From NCBI GenBank assembly GCA_024137785.1, contig JAHRHZ010000022.1:31518024-31582023 (forward strand): a stretch of 64,000 nt of DNA, read 5' to 3'. Origin of the DNA: Ginglymostoma cirratum (Eukaryota). How positions within the stretch are numbered: the first letter of the stretch is position 1; the number at the start of each line of letters is the position of its first letter. The notes beneath the pieces are model-generated. The model saw only the letters and a program-made list of their open reading frames with translations. It made no database searches and was not told the origin of the DNA. Below, piece after piece: positions 11,701 to 24,200 of the stretch. Position numbers and translations under genes: made by a program.

Positions 11701-13309
11701 GCTCATGGTAGATGAGGGTATCATATTCAATTCAAAACTTTACTCTTTGCCATTCAGGAGGGATTTGTGCAAACTACAGATTACTTACATGAGCTGAGCA
11801 GCATCATAGAAATTACTGGGATTTCAGTCCAATGTCCACCTTAAAATTTAGGCTGTACATTGTATCAATTCAAATCAGAAATTCAACAATAGAGCTTTAC
11901 TGCCCCTTCGACTAGGGGAGAGAATCATAGGCATGCAATGCATTCATGTGTATTCATCACATAGGTGTGCAGCTTCTTTATAAAAAAAATGCTTTCGGAG
12001 AATGTATGAGGCAGTGACTTGTTTAAAACATCTTAATGTAACTTCTCCCAATGTGTGGGTCCAGCTTACAATTGAGGTGGGCTATAAAATTGATGCTGTG
12101 GTGATGCCACTGTGCCCGTCATGTACCTACTTGAAGTGATCAATTACTAGTCATTTAAGGGCCTCCTCCACTGCACCCACTGGGGTCTCCTACTCTGGCT
12201 TGCTGGTTCTGAGCCAATTAATAGTCCAATGTTCATAAAGTGGCAACAAATCTGATCCAGTGATTGAGATGTGAGGTTGGTTTTAGCCAAAGGATGGGGC
12301 TATATGTTTCACATAAAATTCTGGCCGACATTTCTGTGCTCTTTTTGCCACTAGAGTCAACCTTATACTATACCTGTGCTTTTACCTCTGTCCTGCATAT
12401 GTTATGTGTGACATGTATTGTGTTTGTAGAATCCTTTCACAATTTCAACATTTTCTTGTGTTTCTCTATCCAGAATTGTGCATTAAATGTCGGGCAAGTA
12501 TTAATTCTGCAATTTCAGTGCGTATTGTTCAGCACTTCCACAGTATTTTGTCTCTTTGTTCTTGTTTTGAAGCTTTTGCAAGTTGTGTCAGAATGGTTTA
12601 AGTCCTTTCGTAACAAACAGATGACTTAGAAGTTACAGAAAATTCTACGTGTTTTTATTTCGGGTCGTAAATCTGTAAATATGATAAAAATGCAGTTCTC
12701 AGCAGGATGTGAGAGCTTACAGGCCCTGAAATATCTGTCGTTCACTGGACACAGCACAATTTTTCTGTCAAACTGAGACTAATATCAGCAAATCTCCATG
12801 TTGTAGACAGTGATGATTTTTAATTGCATCCTTTAACTTCACCATAAAATAAAGAAATGATTTGGCAATTTTGACTTTGTACATTGCTAACTAAAATGCC
12901 ACATCATCATTCTGGGCACTGTTAAATAACTTTGCTTTGGAGTTTTCAGAATTTACGTTACATTTAACATCTTTTAAAAAGTATATACAGAAAATTCAAC
13001 AGAACAGTGCCCATTTTTCAGGTGTGAAGCAACTCCGAACTTTTCCAAAATGGTAGATTCTTTACCAGTATTTTTCCAAAGGAATTACACATTATGTATA
13101 CATTGATTGCTAGCTTATCATGTCCCGTTTCTGGTGTTATACCATTCTTAATGACCGAATTGATGAGAATTTGCCTGTAGAGTTCAGGAATGAATAGTAA
13201 AATAGAAGCAGAGAACAGGAACAGCTACCATAGAAGCTCTTAACTATATGGATAATTGGAGAATTTCTCTTACATTGCTTCAATATATGAGATGCTGTTA
13301 CATGATTTT

Positions 13310-13650
13310 TTAAATTCATTTATGGGATATGGGCATCACTCGCTAGCTAGCATTTATTGCCCATCCCTAGTTGCCGTTGATAAGGTGTTAGTGCACTACC
13401 TTCTTGAACCGTTGCAGCCCACCTGCTGTGGGTTGACCCACAATGCCTTTAGGGAGAGAATTCCGGGATTTTGACTCAGCAACAGTGAAGGGACAGTGAT
13501 ATATTTCCAAATTAGGATGGTGAGTGGCTAGGAGGGGAATTTCAAGGTGGTGGTGTTTCCATGCATCTCTGCCCTTGTACTTGTGCATAGAAGTGGTCGT
13601 GAGTTTGGACGGTGCTGTCTGAGGATCTTTAGTGAACTTCTGCAGAGCTA
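13310..13650 (-). mobile_element. 3' end of CR1-clade LINE family B
   Basis: ORF 13388-13588(-) AWKHHHLEIPLLATHHPNLEIYHCPFTVAESKSRNSLPKGIVGQPTAGGLQRFKK; colinear with 678-1000. Confidence 0.85.
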
Positions 13651-13954
13651 TGTCAATGATTGATGTGATCTGCTACAGCCACAAATTAAATCCCAAGCCA
13701 GTGCCCAGACAGTACTACATCTGGTCACCAAGATCACAATGGTTCATAGCTTTCAGGTCCCAGGATGAAAAGTCAGTGATATCTGGTGGTTCACAGACCA
13801 CTTTTGAGTCAAAGATGGCACTGAGGTTCTCTATGTCTGAAGGCAATGCTGCCTCTCGTATACCTAACATTTTCCACACAGGCTACGCTCAGGTCAGTTC
13901 TTCTGAGTTAGCAGGGTACAAGGCTGTGTAAAAATGATTAAATGGGCTGTACAC

Positions 13955-14095
13955 TTGAAGAAATTTTCACCATGGCGGCTGTTGGAGTCTAAATTCAATG
14001 TAATTAATCAGGAATACACAAGTAGTCTCAATAATGGTGACATTTGTAAAAATCTGTTTCACTATTAACTATTCTTTAGAAAAGGAAATCTACTT
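13955..14095 (+). mobile_element. Degraded internal fragment of the tRNA-SINE family seen at 58254
   Basis: CACCATGGCGGCTGTTGGAGTCTAAATTCAAT..GTAAAAATCTGTTTCACTA..CTTTAGAAAAGGAAATCT resembles the reverse complement of 58400-58540. Confidence 0.45.
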
Positions 14096-14149
14096 AGGGA
14101 AGCCTCCATGTGCATGTTTACTGATCCTGTGCTTCCTCATTGCTACAGC

Positions 14150-14620
14150 TTGGGAGGTGAAGGTTTACTGAACTTCAGGGAGGATAGGATTGACTAGCTC
14201 TGGAGCTTGATGGTTCTTATGTAGATTGTGTCACCTTAGCACAGTTTGCCACAGATGGTTGCATGGTACCATTAGTGGATCAGGCAGGGGAATCTACATG
14301 CTGTTATGGTAAGAAATGATTAGGAGGTGCCTTCCCCACAGATAGTGGCTCAGTACTTCAACAGCACTGAATGGAAACAGAATGCTTGATTAATCTGGTG
14401 TCCTGGAAAATCTTTTCAACTCTGATCTCAAAGTGAAGTCAAGTGAACAGCTCTTTTGGCTTCCATTGCCAGCTGTTTGAGCAATCAAGGAAAGCTTCAT
14501 GATGGGGACTGTTCGGGGTGGGGGTGTGGGGGCGCGGTACATGGAGTTTAATGAAACTGACCACATGGTCCTTGTGGAAGGAATACTCTCCATCCTCTTA
14601 GTAACACTTGGAGACAAGCT
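14150..14620 (-). mobile_element. Possible old LINE (L2/CR1) endonuclease remnant
   Basis: Minus-frame SMYRAP..SLDFTL resembles the APE YRPP and GDFN motifs; very degraded. Confidence 0.3.
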
Positions 14621-14984
14621 GGAGCCAACTCCTCAATGCTTTACAGCAGCACAAGGTCGTTGGCAGGCTAGCCAGGTGACCATGTCTTTTTCTGGTACAT
14701 TCCCATATCCTGTGATAACATGTGGTAAGAAATTCAGCAGAGGATCCCACCCTTTGGCAAGCTGACACTTTTGGCATCATGTGCCCTTTCCCTTGCTCTT
14801 GTTCACATGTGCCCATTGGTTCCACATATGTAGATGATCTCTGTCATGTCTGGCAAAGAGCTTACGCCTTTTCAGCACCTGAAATGGAAGAGAGACCAAG
14901 GTTAGTTTGTGGATTGATGAGGGAGAGCAGATGGAGAAGAGTGCATTAACGTACCTACGGCTGATTATAGAGAGGGTTAGTCTC

Positions 14985-15120
14985 TGAATTACAGAACAGT
15001 TACAGTACAGGGGAGGCCATTCAGTCCATTGTGCCTGTATCAGCTCGTCAAATAAGAATCAATACCTTGTGTCAATTTCCTACTTGTTGCCCATCCCCTT
15101 GCACACTACTTCTATCCAAA
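14985..15120 (-). mobile_element. CR1/HER1-type 3' tail fragment
   Basis: ACAGTACAGGGGAGGCCATTCAGTCCATTGTGCCTGTATCAGCTC is the reverse complement of the CR1/HE1 tail. Confidence 0.55.
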
Positions 15121-15366
15121 AGTTGAGAGTGAAGACTAAAGATAAAACACTGTTAAGCTTGATGAAATAAAATTTACAAATGTACTCCAGTACTGCCAGA
15201 TGACATGGCCTTGAATCTGGACATGCCCATGGTGATCAGTGCACTCTAGTCAAGGCAGCCTCTTCCTCCTGTAAACCAATCTGCTGCGAGGAGAATTGGA
15301 GCGTATTATCAAAAGTCTTGGTGTGTATTCAGAGAATGTACCGGTCATGGTAGAAAAGCTGATACA

Positions 15367-15388
15367 GTGTGTGTGTGTGTGTGTGTGT
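15367..15388. repeat. (GT)11 microsatellite
   Basis: Direct reading. Confidence 0.95.
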
Positions 15389-16157
15389 ATGTCAGCCGTT
15401 ATCTGTAAATAAAAGCTGTAATGGTGATACAGGAGAAGACATTTTTGTGATGTATGGTGCGGTAATTGTATTCAAGTGAAATAAAGTGGGGGACGGAATC
15501 TGAGAAGGATGTCTGAGCAAAAAGTCACAGAGCATTAGCCACACCTTGGCAACTCCAATGAAGTCATTCGACTTTTTTGGGAATTCCAGTTGTGTCATGG
15601 ATACTAAACACTTGTGAACTTCTGAGTTGTGCCTGGGGAACTTTCAACGCATTGGGAAGAAGTGATATCTTGCTGCGCTTGTCCATTGCTAACGCTATAA
15701 TTTCTGAGATTAAATCGAAGAACCTGTCCTCTCCTCATGCTTGCTGCAGCTACGTTGCATGTTATTGTGTGCACCCTTTGTTCTGCAGCTGAAACACATT
15801 TTTTAAACTTTTTACATCGACACAGAACAGCACTGGCTGAGTGATTAAAATGATCAGGTAGCACAACGTTTGCATGCTGTCTGGGCCTAAATTAACAGTC
15901 ACGTGCAACTGGGCAAGTCGTGCCTACTGAGAACCTGTTTTCGGGCAAGATCCAATTCCTCAACTCCGAAGCACAGGTATAGACCAGAAACTGATGGTTT
16001 GAAATCAAAGACACGCAAAGAAAATAAATTGAACTCTGTGACCTTGAACATGTTCCTCATAGAGTGTAGATGTTTGTTTCAATTCAAGGGTGGTCACTTT
16101 CAGAACAGCTCATGTCTCAGGTGGACAATGGTTCATTTAAAAGAAATCTTGTACGAC

Positions 16158-16612
16158 TCGGCCAGCATTTATTGCCCATCCTGATTTACCCTTGAACTAA
16201 TTGGCTTTCTAGGGCAAGTCGGAGGGCACAGTCAACCACGTTGCTTTAAGCGCAGCAGTTTTAATATTAACTATCACCTTATTTCTTTTTATTTTTCTAC
16301 TTGTCCTATGAAGGTAATGCTTCTCTTTTTAAAATTTGTTTCTTTTACTACTTTGTACCTCAGTTTTTTCTTAACCTACGTACCTTTGTACCTAAGACGG
16401 TGCTATGTGTGGCGACATTATACTTTTCACTGTACTCCTGTACTTGAGTAAGCATGACAGTAAAAATTTAAATCTAAATCTAAAAGATTTTCATCCTTAA
16501 AGGACATAAGTGAAGCTGATGGATTTTTATGACATTATTCATACCGTTGCCATTAGACGAGCTTTTTAAATACCAGATTTTTATTGAATTCAAATTTTAC
16601 TACATGCAGTCC
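16158..16612 (-). mobile_element. tRNA-derived SINE (58254 family), interrupted by an insertion at 16250-16484
   Basis: GCCAGCATTTATTGCCCATCC..GTCAACCACGTTGCT, then after the insert AGATTTTCATCCTTAAAGGACATAAGTGAA..CCAGATTTTTATTGAATTCAAATT, colinear with 58300-58525. Confidence 0.75.
16250..16484 (+). mobile_element. 3' fragment related to the 8600-9413 element, nested in a SINE
   Basis: AAGACGGTGCTATGTGTGGCGACATTATACTTTTCACTGTAC..CATGACAGTAAA followed by a short (AAATCT)n tail. Confidence 0.6.
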
Positions 16613-17129
16613 ATTGACTTGATCACAATGTCAGCACTTCCCCAATTCACCGCAGTCTAGTGATTTCTGAGCGAGAGCGCTGTACAAAATGTTTTAAATC
16701 CTTTTTTTAACCAATGTAGAACATTGATTGGCTTACAATCTCTATACCCTGCAGCTTTTCAACATGCCCATTCCCAATTGTCCTTGAAAACTTTCAGAGC
16801 GATACCTTTATTCTATTAAATGCATTGTTGAAACCCAGGGCAGCGCTGATCGAGTGTTTAGAATGCCTACCACATTGGCTGCTGTTAACTATCAATCAAT
16901 AAGTGATGAAAGTGTTTTACTTCTTGAGTTTTCAATTACTGTTGTTTTCTCCCATGTCTGCTACAGCTTTGTGTCCAACATGATGCAGCAAAACTTATTG
17001 GAAACACAAAGTGAAAATATGATTTATAATGTTGTTTTCAACCTTACACAGACAAAGTGGTTTGTGTTTATAATTGTTGAAATGTATTTGCAGATTAATA
17101 GCAGCAGTTTTAAAGTAGCTGAGTTTACA

Positions 17130-17335
17130 GACTGGGGAGGATGGGAGGCAGGCTAGAAAACCACTGGCATTGTCTGGAAGTAACAAAGACATGGATGAGT
17201 GCTTCAGTGGCTGATAGTTTGAGGCTGGAGTTGAGGTGGGAGATGATGGGCATTGACATTTTTTGGGATGGAGTGAATATGTTATTGGAAGCTTAATTCA
17301 GGTTCAGTGAGGATTCCGGGGTTGCAGTTCAGCAC
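17130..17335 (-). mobile_element. Probable L2-clade LINE fragment
   Basis: AAGTAACAAAGACATGGATGAGTGCTTCAG corresponds on the minus strand to AEALIHVFVTSRQ, like the L2 AETLIHAFVTSRLDY motif. Confidence 0.5.
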
Positions 17336-17524
17336 TACTTAAAAAAGAAAGTAGCTGGAAAGGAGATTTGAATCATGACGAGGGAAGAAAAAATTCTAGT
17401 TCGCAGTTGAGGCATGAGTATCAGGCTTTTGGCTCCGTGGCAAAGAGAGGCAGCATCGTTTTGTAGGAAGGGCAGGTTTGCAACAGCAGGAGGCCGTGCA
17501 AAAGAAAAGGAGGACAAGACCAAA

Positions 17525-17615
17525 AGTCACAGGAGTAGAATTAGGCCATTTGGCCCATCGGGTTTGCTCCATCATTTGATTATGGCTCATGTGGTTCTCA
17601 ATCCCATTTGCCACC
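17525..17615 (-). mobile_element. CR1 3' tail fragment
   Basis: AGGAGTAGAATTAGGCCATTTGGCCCATCGGGTTTGCTCCATCATTTGATTATGGCT is the reverse complement of the tail at 11050-11130. Confidence 0.65.
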
Positions 17616-18338
17616 TGTGTAAACGTATGCAAAGTGATTTTCCTGCATACCTAAAGCAAACACTGCCTGAAACCAAAGTCAGATCCTGATTGATGACCAG
17701 TCTAAACTGCTGTAACCAGAGGAGATATTCTGACCCTGCTTTGATGCAAGTTCAGTCCTTTGCCATCCATTCGCAATCCAATTTCAGGTTTCAACTAATG
17801 CCAATCTTAAGCAGTATGAATGCAATTTAAGTTCTCAACATCAATTAATAGTGGGGAAGATCTGTTGCCTGGATATGTTAATTAGGCTGCTCCTGGCATT
17901 TTTGGAAGCCTTGTCAATGGGCCGACTTGGCTTTGTGCACATTTACATGAGTGAATGAGCTTGGTTAGCTTGATCCAAGAATTTTAATTTTCTCCCAACT
18001 CTCTCCTGAATGTTTGGAATGGTAGGAGGACAGTAGTTAACATTGAGGTTTTAGGTGTCAGTGAGGACGGCAGTGATGTTTTCATTATTTTAAATGAAGT
18101 CAGGTCTTAGTTCTGAGACTGTTTTACTTGGAAAAAAATTCTTCATGAAGAAATAAGACACAAACAATCAAGTGGATTTATTTAACCAAAGATTTATCAT
18201 GCATGGTTTCATTTTCAGTAATATACCCTCTGCTGTTTGGAAATATATGAAGATATGGGTCACATGGATCTGAAATTATGCCATTGGACTTCAATGCTCG
18301 ACAGATGATCAGATGTTTCTGTCTCTTTCTCTTGAAAG

Positions 18339-18556
18339 ACGTGTTAACCCGTTTGTTTCCAGCTAATGGGGAAACCACAGGATTTTTAAAAATGAGTACA
18401 TCCACCAATGAAGCTTCATCCGAAATGACTGCGACTGAACATATTTGTCTGAATATCTTGATGCAGCAAGAGCGAACAAGATTCTTACATCCTGACGATT
18501 TGCTAAAAGAGAATGTAATCCTCGAAATGGGATTAACTTCTTTTAAAAATGAGTGA
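18339..18556 (+). CDS. Candidate terminal coding exon of an unidentified gene
   Basis: Polypyrimidine tract plus AG (TTTCTGTCTCTTTCTCTTGAAAG, AG at 18337-18338; alternative AG at 18361-18362). Open frame (D)VLTRLFPANGETTGFLKM..HPDDLLKENVILEMGLTSFKNE-stop with several retained CpGs and AATAAA at ~18858. It is not repeat-like, but I do not recognise the protein. Confidence 0.3.
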
Positions 18557-18951
18557 AATGCAATCAACAACTGAAGCACTCATTTTTAGACATCAATCTC
18601 GTCCTTGCGTATACTCCGCTGTTCTGTCAGCTGTGACATTGTTTGCACCTTGATCTGAAATGCATGAAGATCAACACTTTGGATAATCCAGACTTGCACA
18701 TTGTAACATGTTCAAGTAACATTCCTTGTCCAATCATGTGAGAAGTAAATTGTCTCCCTTCTTTTATACCCTTCTCACCCTCCCCATTTCAATTGTAGCA
18801 CTTCTTTTTTAGCGCACAGCTATACATATTAATTAAAAATGTAGTTAACTAGATCAAAATAAAGGTGCTAATTTCAGGTTTTCTTGAGTGATAGAAAGTG
18901 GAATTTCATTACCTATTAATCCCAAGAGGAGAAAAGTAAACACGCAGCATC

Positions 18952-18952
<1 letters not shown>

Positions 18953-18988
<36 letters not shown>
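18953..18988. repeat. (AC)18 microsatellite
   Basis: Direct reading. Confidence 0.95.
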
Positions 18989-18990
<2 letters not shown>

Positions 18991-19035
18991 TAATATTTGT
19001 AAAGGGAGACAGTGCCTGGCACAAACAAGAAGAAT

Positions 19036-19105
19036 AAAGGAACAAAAACAAAATTGCTGGAGAGGCTCAGCAGGTCTGGCAGCATCTGTGAACGAAAAAA
19101 GCTCA
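19036..19105 (-). mobile_element. Penelope-like terminal fragment (family F2)
   Basis: GGAACAAAAACAAAATTGCTGGAGAGGCTCAGCAGGTCTGGCAGCATCTG is nearly the reverse complement of 28546-28595. Confidence 0.7.
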
Positions 19106-20564
19106 TGCTTTAAATTTCTTGAGATGTTAGATTTTTAACCTAAGATCAAAGTTGTTTAATTATTGACTGGTATTCTCAGTAATAATGGAGTTTGTAGATA
19201 TCTGAGAGTTGTCTGTGATGGCTGTGTTCCCCAATTTACTTTTTCACTGAGTGCTGCCTTCTGAGAAGCTAAGAAACGAGGGGAGAGAGAGAGAAAGAAA
19301 CTTCCAGCACTTGCTAAAAATTCACTTTCTCTTCTCTCTGCTCTGTCAAACAGCTACTGAAATAGGATTCATTTGTATATTCCCAAGCTGAACCGCAGCA
19401 AACAACTTTCCATGTTAAATACGTGCAACATCTCATGTAAGTGTGAATTAAGATGAAAGATGTAAATTTATTAACACTAAGTCAATTAACTGTTTTCGGT
19501 ATTTATAGATAAAATAGTGTCTTCAATGCTGATGGTTTTGTTTATTCCACATTAATTTCTGGATTGCCGCAATCTATGTTCAGGTGTTCACTGCAGCTAT
19601 TTCAGCTCCATGGTTGATTCCTGTTTAAGAATCATTTTAGTCCCTGAACGATTTATATATTAAAATCACATGATGGAATTTACAATTCGATAGACCACAT
19701 ACAATTATTGTAACAAACATCAAAATTCTTTTGTGATAATTATCACAATACTGTTGTAAAAATGTTTCTCACTGGATTAGTGGTTCACCCTTAAATCTTG
19801 TTCATGGTGGTTTACAAAGTATTCCCTTTTCTAAGGACAAAATTGTTAAAATTTTGTTAAAATTATGGTGCAATTGTGAGTTAATTTGTGTTGTCTCCAA
19901 GATCGAATCCTTGCATCAGTCTTGGATAATTGAAGACCAATTAACAGCAGGAAACATTTAGATTTTGATTTCATACACATGGAAAGAAAAGTAAATTTGC
20001 ATACATGGTGAAGAAAACTGAACCAACTGACCTTCAGTGGTGAAGCATTTGTGATGTGTGACTGACATGCCTCAAGTATACAAACATTTCTATGAGAGAG
20101 CTGTGAACACTAAGCATTGTGATAACTGCATTTTGGAATGCTGTGAATTTGTTTAAAATTTATGTTTATATTTAATTATTTACTGCATGTAATTTTTCTT
20201 GTTGAAGCACTCACTGAATCCTACTTCAGTGCTACCTCTCTTCACTTATTACTGCGTTCTTCAAAAATACAACATACTCACCACATAATGGTGCTCATGA
20301 AAAATATTTGCCTTAAGCAAAAGTGGAATCAATAATGTTGTGCTAGTCTCTCATTTTTTTCTGTTTTTTTAAAAATCGTAAATAAGGAGGTTCGATTGGA
20401 ACATAAACAATGGCATAAACTGATTGGGTCAAATGACCTGTTCAGTCTGTATCTCTCACGTAGTCTTACTTTTTTCACAAGAAAGACACGTAGATGCTAA
20501 TTATTTATTGTTGATCATTTGTGCACATTCTCCTTAGGTGGCTTGTAGATTAATTTAGGAAGTA

Positions 20565-20872
20565 AAAACTTGCATTTTTGTCGCACCTTTCATGACTTGA
20601 GGAAATCTCAAACTGCTTTACTCATGACCTTGGGAGACCCCAACCCACTTTGCAATCAATGAATTATTGAGGTGAAGCCAGGACTTCTGGGATGATGCCC
20701 CTGCTCTTTTCGACAAAGTGCTTTTACCTGGGTAGTCAGAGCCCCGTTCGATACCCTATCCAGGAGACAGTGCTTCCAATTCTGTCAGAACTATACTGGA
20801 GTGTCAGTTTATATTCTTCAGTCCACTTCTCCCAGAGGCAGAAGGGCTACTGACAAAGCCATAGCTGAGACA
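20565..20872 (-). mobile_element. Old Deu-domain SINE (SacSINE1/AmnSINE-like)
   Basis: ACTTGCATTT..CACCTTTCATGAC tail, CCCCTGCTCTTTTCGA..TTTTAC Deu core, and GGAGTGTCAG..CAGAGGCAGAAGGGCTACTGAC..AGCCATAGCTGA head, all reverse complement. Confidence 0.6.
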
Positions 20873-22489
20873 CAGTCAGTGTTTGATGATCTGTCTCAAT
20901 AACAGTGATCTTCAGAAAGGAAAAGACAAGGAGAAGGGAAATCAATTGTGGACTGAAAGCAACCTCGGGAGTACTGTGGTGTGGGATGTAGCATTCCTGG
21001 CTCCATATCAAAGCTGACTTACCTTTTGCTGGCAGCCACTGTTCAGTTCCCAGGTCTGAAAACAAATTTGAAGGAATTTGTTTATATTTGTAAAGGAACT
21101 AGTGTCTGTTTTGTGTTGTCTCCAGGGACATCTGATAATTTCTGACTCTAGGCTCCCTTTAGGGATAGATACAAAACCATAACATTGTTGCTTTTTATCT
21201 TCATCTTGTGCAGAAAGAATGTGTGGGAGAGGCTCCAGATCTTTTTTCCAACTGGGTTATTTCATTCTGAGAATGCACCCTCCCATCTGTTCAGAAATAT
21301 TGCTTCTCCATAGTCATCCTGAACAATTAAGGATAGTTTGTGAAGAATTATTGAATATGATGTATCACGGAGCAAAATAAAACAAGTTCACCAAAATAAA
21401 ACATCATGTTCCCCTACAATCCGACTTTCTTTTTCCCCAGCATGAAACTGGAGTGAATGTGCCATGGCTGAAGAAATGATTCCAAAAATTCTTGGACTGT
21501 TTAGAATTTGATGCCAAGGTTTTTGTTTTTGAGTCAGGCTAATTATTGATATTGTGATCTCAAATCCTGTCTGATAATGTCCACCCACTCACTTTTTGTG
21601 GTGGAGAAAGGGCGGAATCAGAGACTCTGGCCCCTGAAGCAGATGGATGCAAAGTTGGGTGGGTTAGGAGGCCTGCCTCTCCAGACTAGCTGTCAGCCTT
21701 ATTATTTATGAGGTGTTTAGGCACCCTACCTTATACCCTCTAACCACACACCCACCTTCTCCATCGAGTATGGACAAAACTTAAACTATGGCGATATTTG
21801 GAAATAATTGAGATGTTCATTTAACTGTCATAATATGCAAACAAACATTCAAAATCTCTTCAAGAAATGATATCCTCTAACTGCCCATAGATTTTAAGTA
21901 AAGCTCAGAATCGCCTTAACAATTTTGTCAGCACCCCTGGCAGAACCAAGTCCATTTGTGTGGCTAGACTAAAAGCATTATTGTGATTTGAAATTGACCC
22001 AAACATTCATAATGGGATTCCATTGACCAACTGTGACAACAAACCCTCTAGAGCTGAATACACAAAAATATTTGATGGTCATCCGCCCCATTGATTTGAA
22101 GTGTCTTACAGATGGATGGACTACTAATCAAAAACAAAATCACAGAGGGAAATTTGAGAGATTAAAACCTGAATCTTGATACTGTTTAATACATAAGAGC
22201 ATTTTATCCACCAAATAAAGTAATTTAATACATTTAAACATTTCCACAATGCTGGTCAATTTAATGGTTGGTTTTCTTTTCTAGACAAAGTCCTTCATTA
22301 ATCATTACTTAAAGACACTAATTTATCATATGGCATTACATTATGACATGGAACATCGGCACCCCTTTAAACTTACCGATCAAAGGATTCCTGACTCCTC
22401 TGAGTTGATGTGCATCATATTTCCTACCAGAATGGTCCGAATGTTGTGTAACTAGCAGGGAGCCTAAAATTTCCACACACCAACCCTGG

Positions 22490-23235
22490 AGTTGACAATG
22501 GCAGAATTGTTGAATACAAGCTCACTGCTGACATCTTCATCCCCTGCTCTGAAAAATTCCACAAACTGAGAATAGGGAGGTGCATTGTGGAATAAGGGTT
22601 GGGTTTAGGTATGTAAAAAGAAGCTTCAATGCCAAACTTGACATATCTCCACCCTTTTTTCAGTGTGTGTTGTTATGTTGAGACCCATATTGCCCTGAGT
22701 AGTTTATGTTCCTTTACCTAAGGAAAGACGTAACAGCATTGGAGGCAGTCTGGAAAAAGGTCCAGTAGGTTGATCTGCCATATGGGATGGATTTTCTTAT
22801 GAGGAGCGGTTGATTTCGATTGGGTATGTATTCATTGGAGTTTAGAATAATGAGAGGTGTTGTTATTGAAACATAGATGATTTTAAATGACTTGACAGGG
22901 TAGATGGGGAAAGGTTGTTGTTTCCTTGTGGGACCATCTAGGGCCAGAGGGTATAACCTCAGAATAAGCAGCTGCCCATCTAAGATAAAGATAAGAAGGA
23001 TTTTTTTCAGTGTAGGGAAGCTGTGGAATTCTTTATCAAAGAAATCTATTGTGGCTGGGTCATTAATTGTGTCCAAGGTTGAGGCAGAGAGATGTTAATC
23101 AGTAAGGAAATCAAGGGGAATGGGGAAAAGGCAGGACAATGGAGTTGAGGATGATCAAATCAGCCATGATGTCATTGATAGGGAGACTCAATGGGCTGAA
23201 TGCGCCTCTTCTGCTCCTATATCTTCTGCTCTTAT
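22490..23235 (+). mobile_element. CR1 LINE fragment with 3' end
   Basis: YLRKDVTALEAVWK, GPSRARGYNLRI, GKLWNSLSKKSIVAGSL; tail GGGCTGAATGCGCCTCTTCTGCTCCTATATCTT. Confidence 0.85.
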
Positions 23236-23429
23236 ACAAAGCAGCTCATGCTAATGTGTTTCTGAACTCTTTGCATGTTAAATAACCAAAAATTCGACCT
23301 TTAGGCCGGGAAATGCTTGAAAGAATGGTACACAATCACCAATAATGATTTAACTGTCTGTTAGATAACTGAGCTCACTGTAAATAATAAAAAAATGTAG
23401 TAAAGGAAATGTAAGGATGATTAAAAGAT

Positions 23430-23580
23430 GTTCTCGTGGCTGAGATATTAACTGAGTATTTTGCAACTGTCTTCACTAAAGGATAGGATGCAGCCAATAT
23501 TACAGTAAAGGAGGTGATATAGAAATTGAATTGGATAAAAATAGATAAAGTGGGGAAAAGATTGAATTGCCTCTGAAAAT
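23430..23580 (+). mobile_element. CR1 ORF2 internal fragment
   Basis: GTGGCTGAGATATTAACTGAGTATTTTGCAACTGTCTTCACTAAAG = VAEILTEYFATVFTK. Confidence 0.55.
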
Positions 23581-23659
23581 AGACACCAGAATTCCAACAG
23601 AGGATTAACTTCCATCAGATGTTTCTGATGCAGATAGCACAGCAATTTTTAGCTCTGCC

Positions 23660-24060
23660 TGCTAATTAAAATGATTACAGGCTGCAGGCTTCAGTCGTGG
23701 CCCAGAATTGTGAGATGCTAGTATCAAATAATGACAAACCAGACTACTTAAAGCTTGTCTGCACCCTTTAAAGGGGAACTGCAGTACCTGGAGCTGGTGC
23801 TGGAAATACTCAGGAAGAGCACAAAAAGGAGACAGCGGCACTCCAAGATTTTCTGATACTGCTTTGGAGGCCTTGCTCAAGTGGTACAGAATGGAGAGAG
23901 ACAATATACCCATAAGATGCAAGGGGCTCTCCAGACCATCTATTAGAAGGCAGTGGGATCCAATAACTCTGGGAGTCAATGCCAGGATCACGTCCTGTAG
24001 GTATTAATGCAGTACTGCAAGAGGTTTGATGACCTTACAAGATCAGTCAAGGTCAGTGAA
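23660..24060 (+). mobile_element. PIF/Harbinger relic, Myb/SANT-like (trihelix) first exon
   Basis: TPRFSDTALEALL..IRRQWDPITLGVNAR..CKRFDDLTRSVK followed by a GTCAGT donor; a typical Harbinger Myb-like domain with frameshifts. Confidence 0.65.
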
Positions 24061-24087
24061 TGTATGTTCGAATACCTGAACTTATGG

Positions 24088-24200
24088 CAAAAGTCATCAT
24101 CCTGAAATGTTTCTCTCTCCAAAGATGCTGCGAGGCATTCCAAATGCTTCCTGTATTCTCTGCTTTTACTTCTAACATCTGCAATATTTTGCTTCTATGT
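24088..24200 (+). mobile_element. Degraded Penelope-like terminal fragment
   Basis: AAAGTCATCATCCTGAAATGTTTCTCTCTCCAAAGATGCTGC..CATCTGCAATATTTTGCTT has the same layout as the other PLE termini. Confidence 0.5.

Noticed and set aside
19731-19748. Perfect 18-bp palindrome TTGTGATAATTATCACAA
   Set aside because: About one such AT-rich palindrome is expected by chance in 64 kb; no supporting context.
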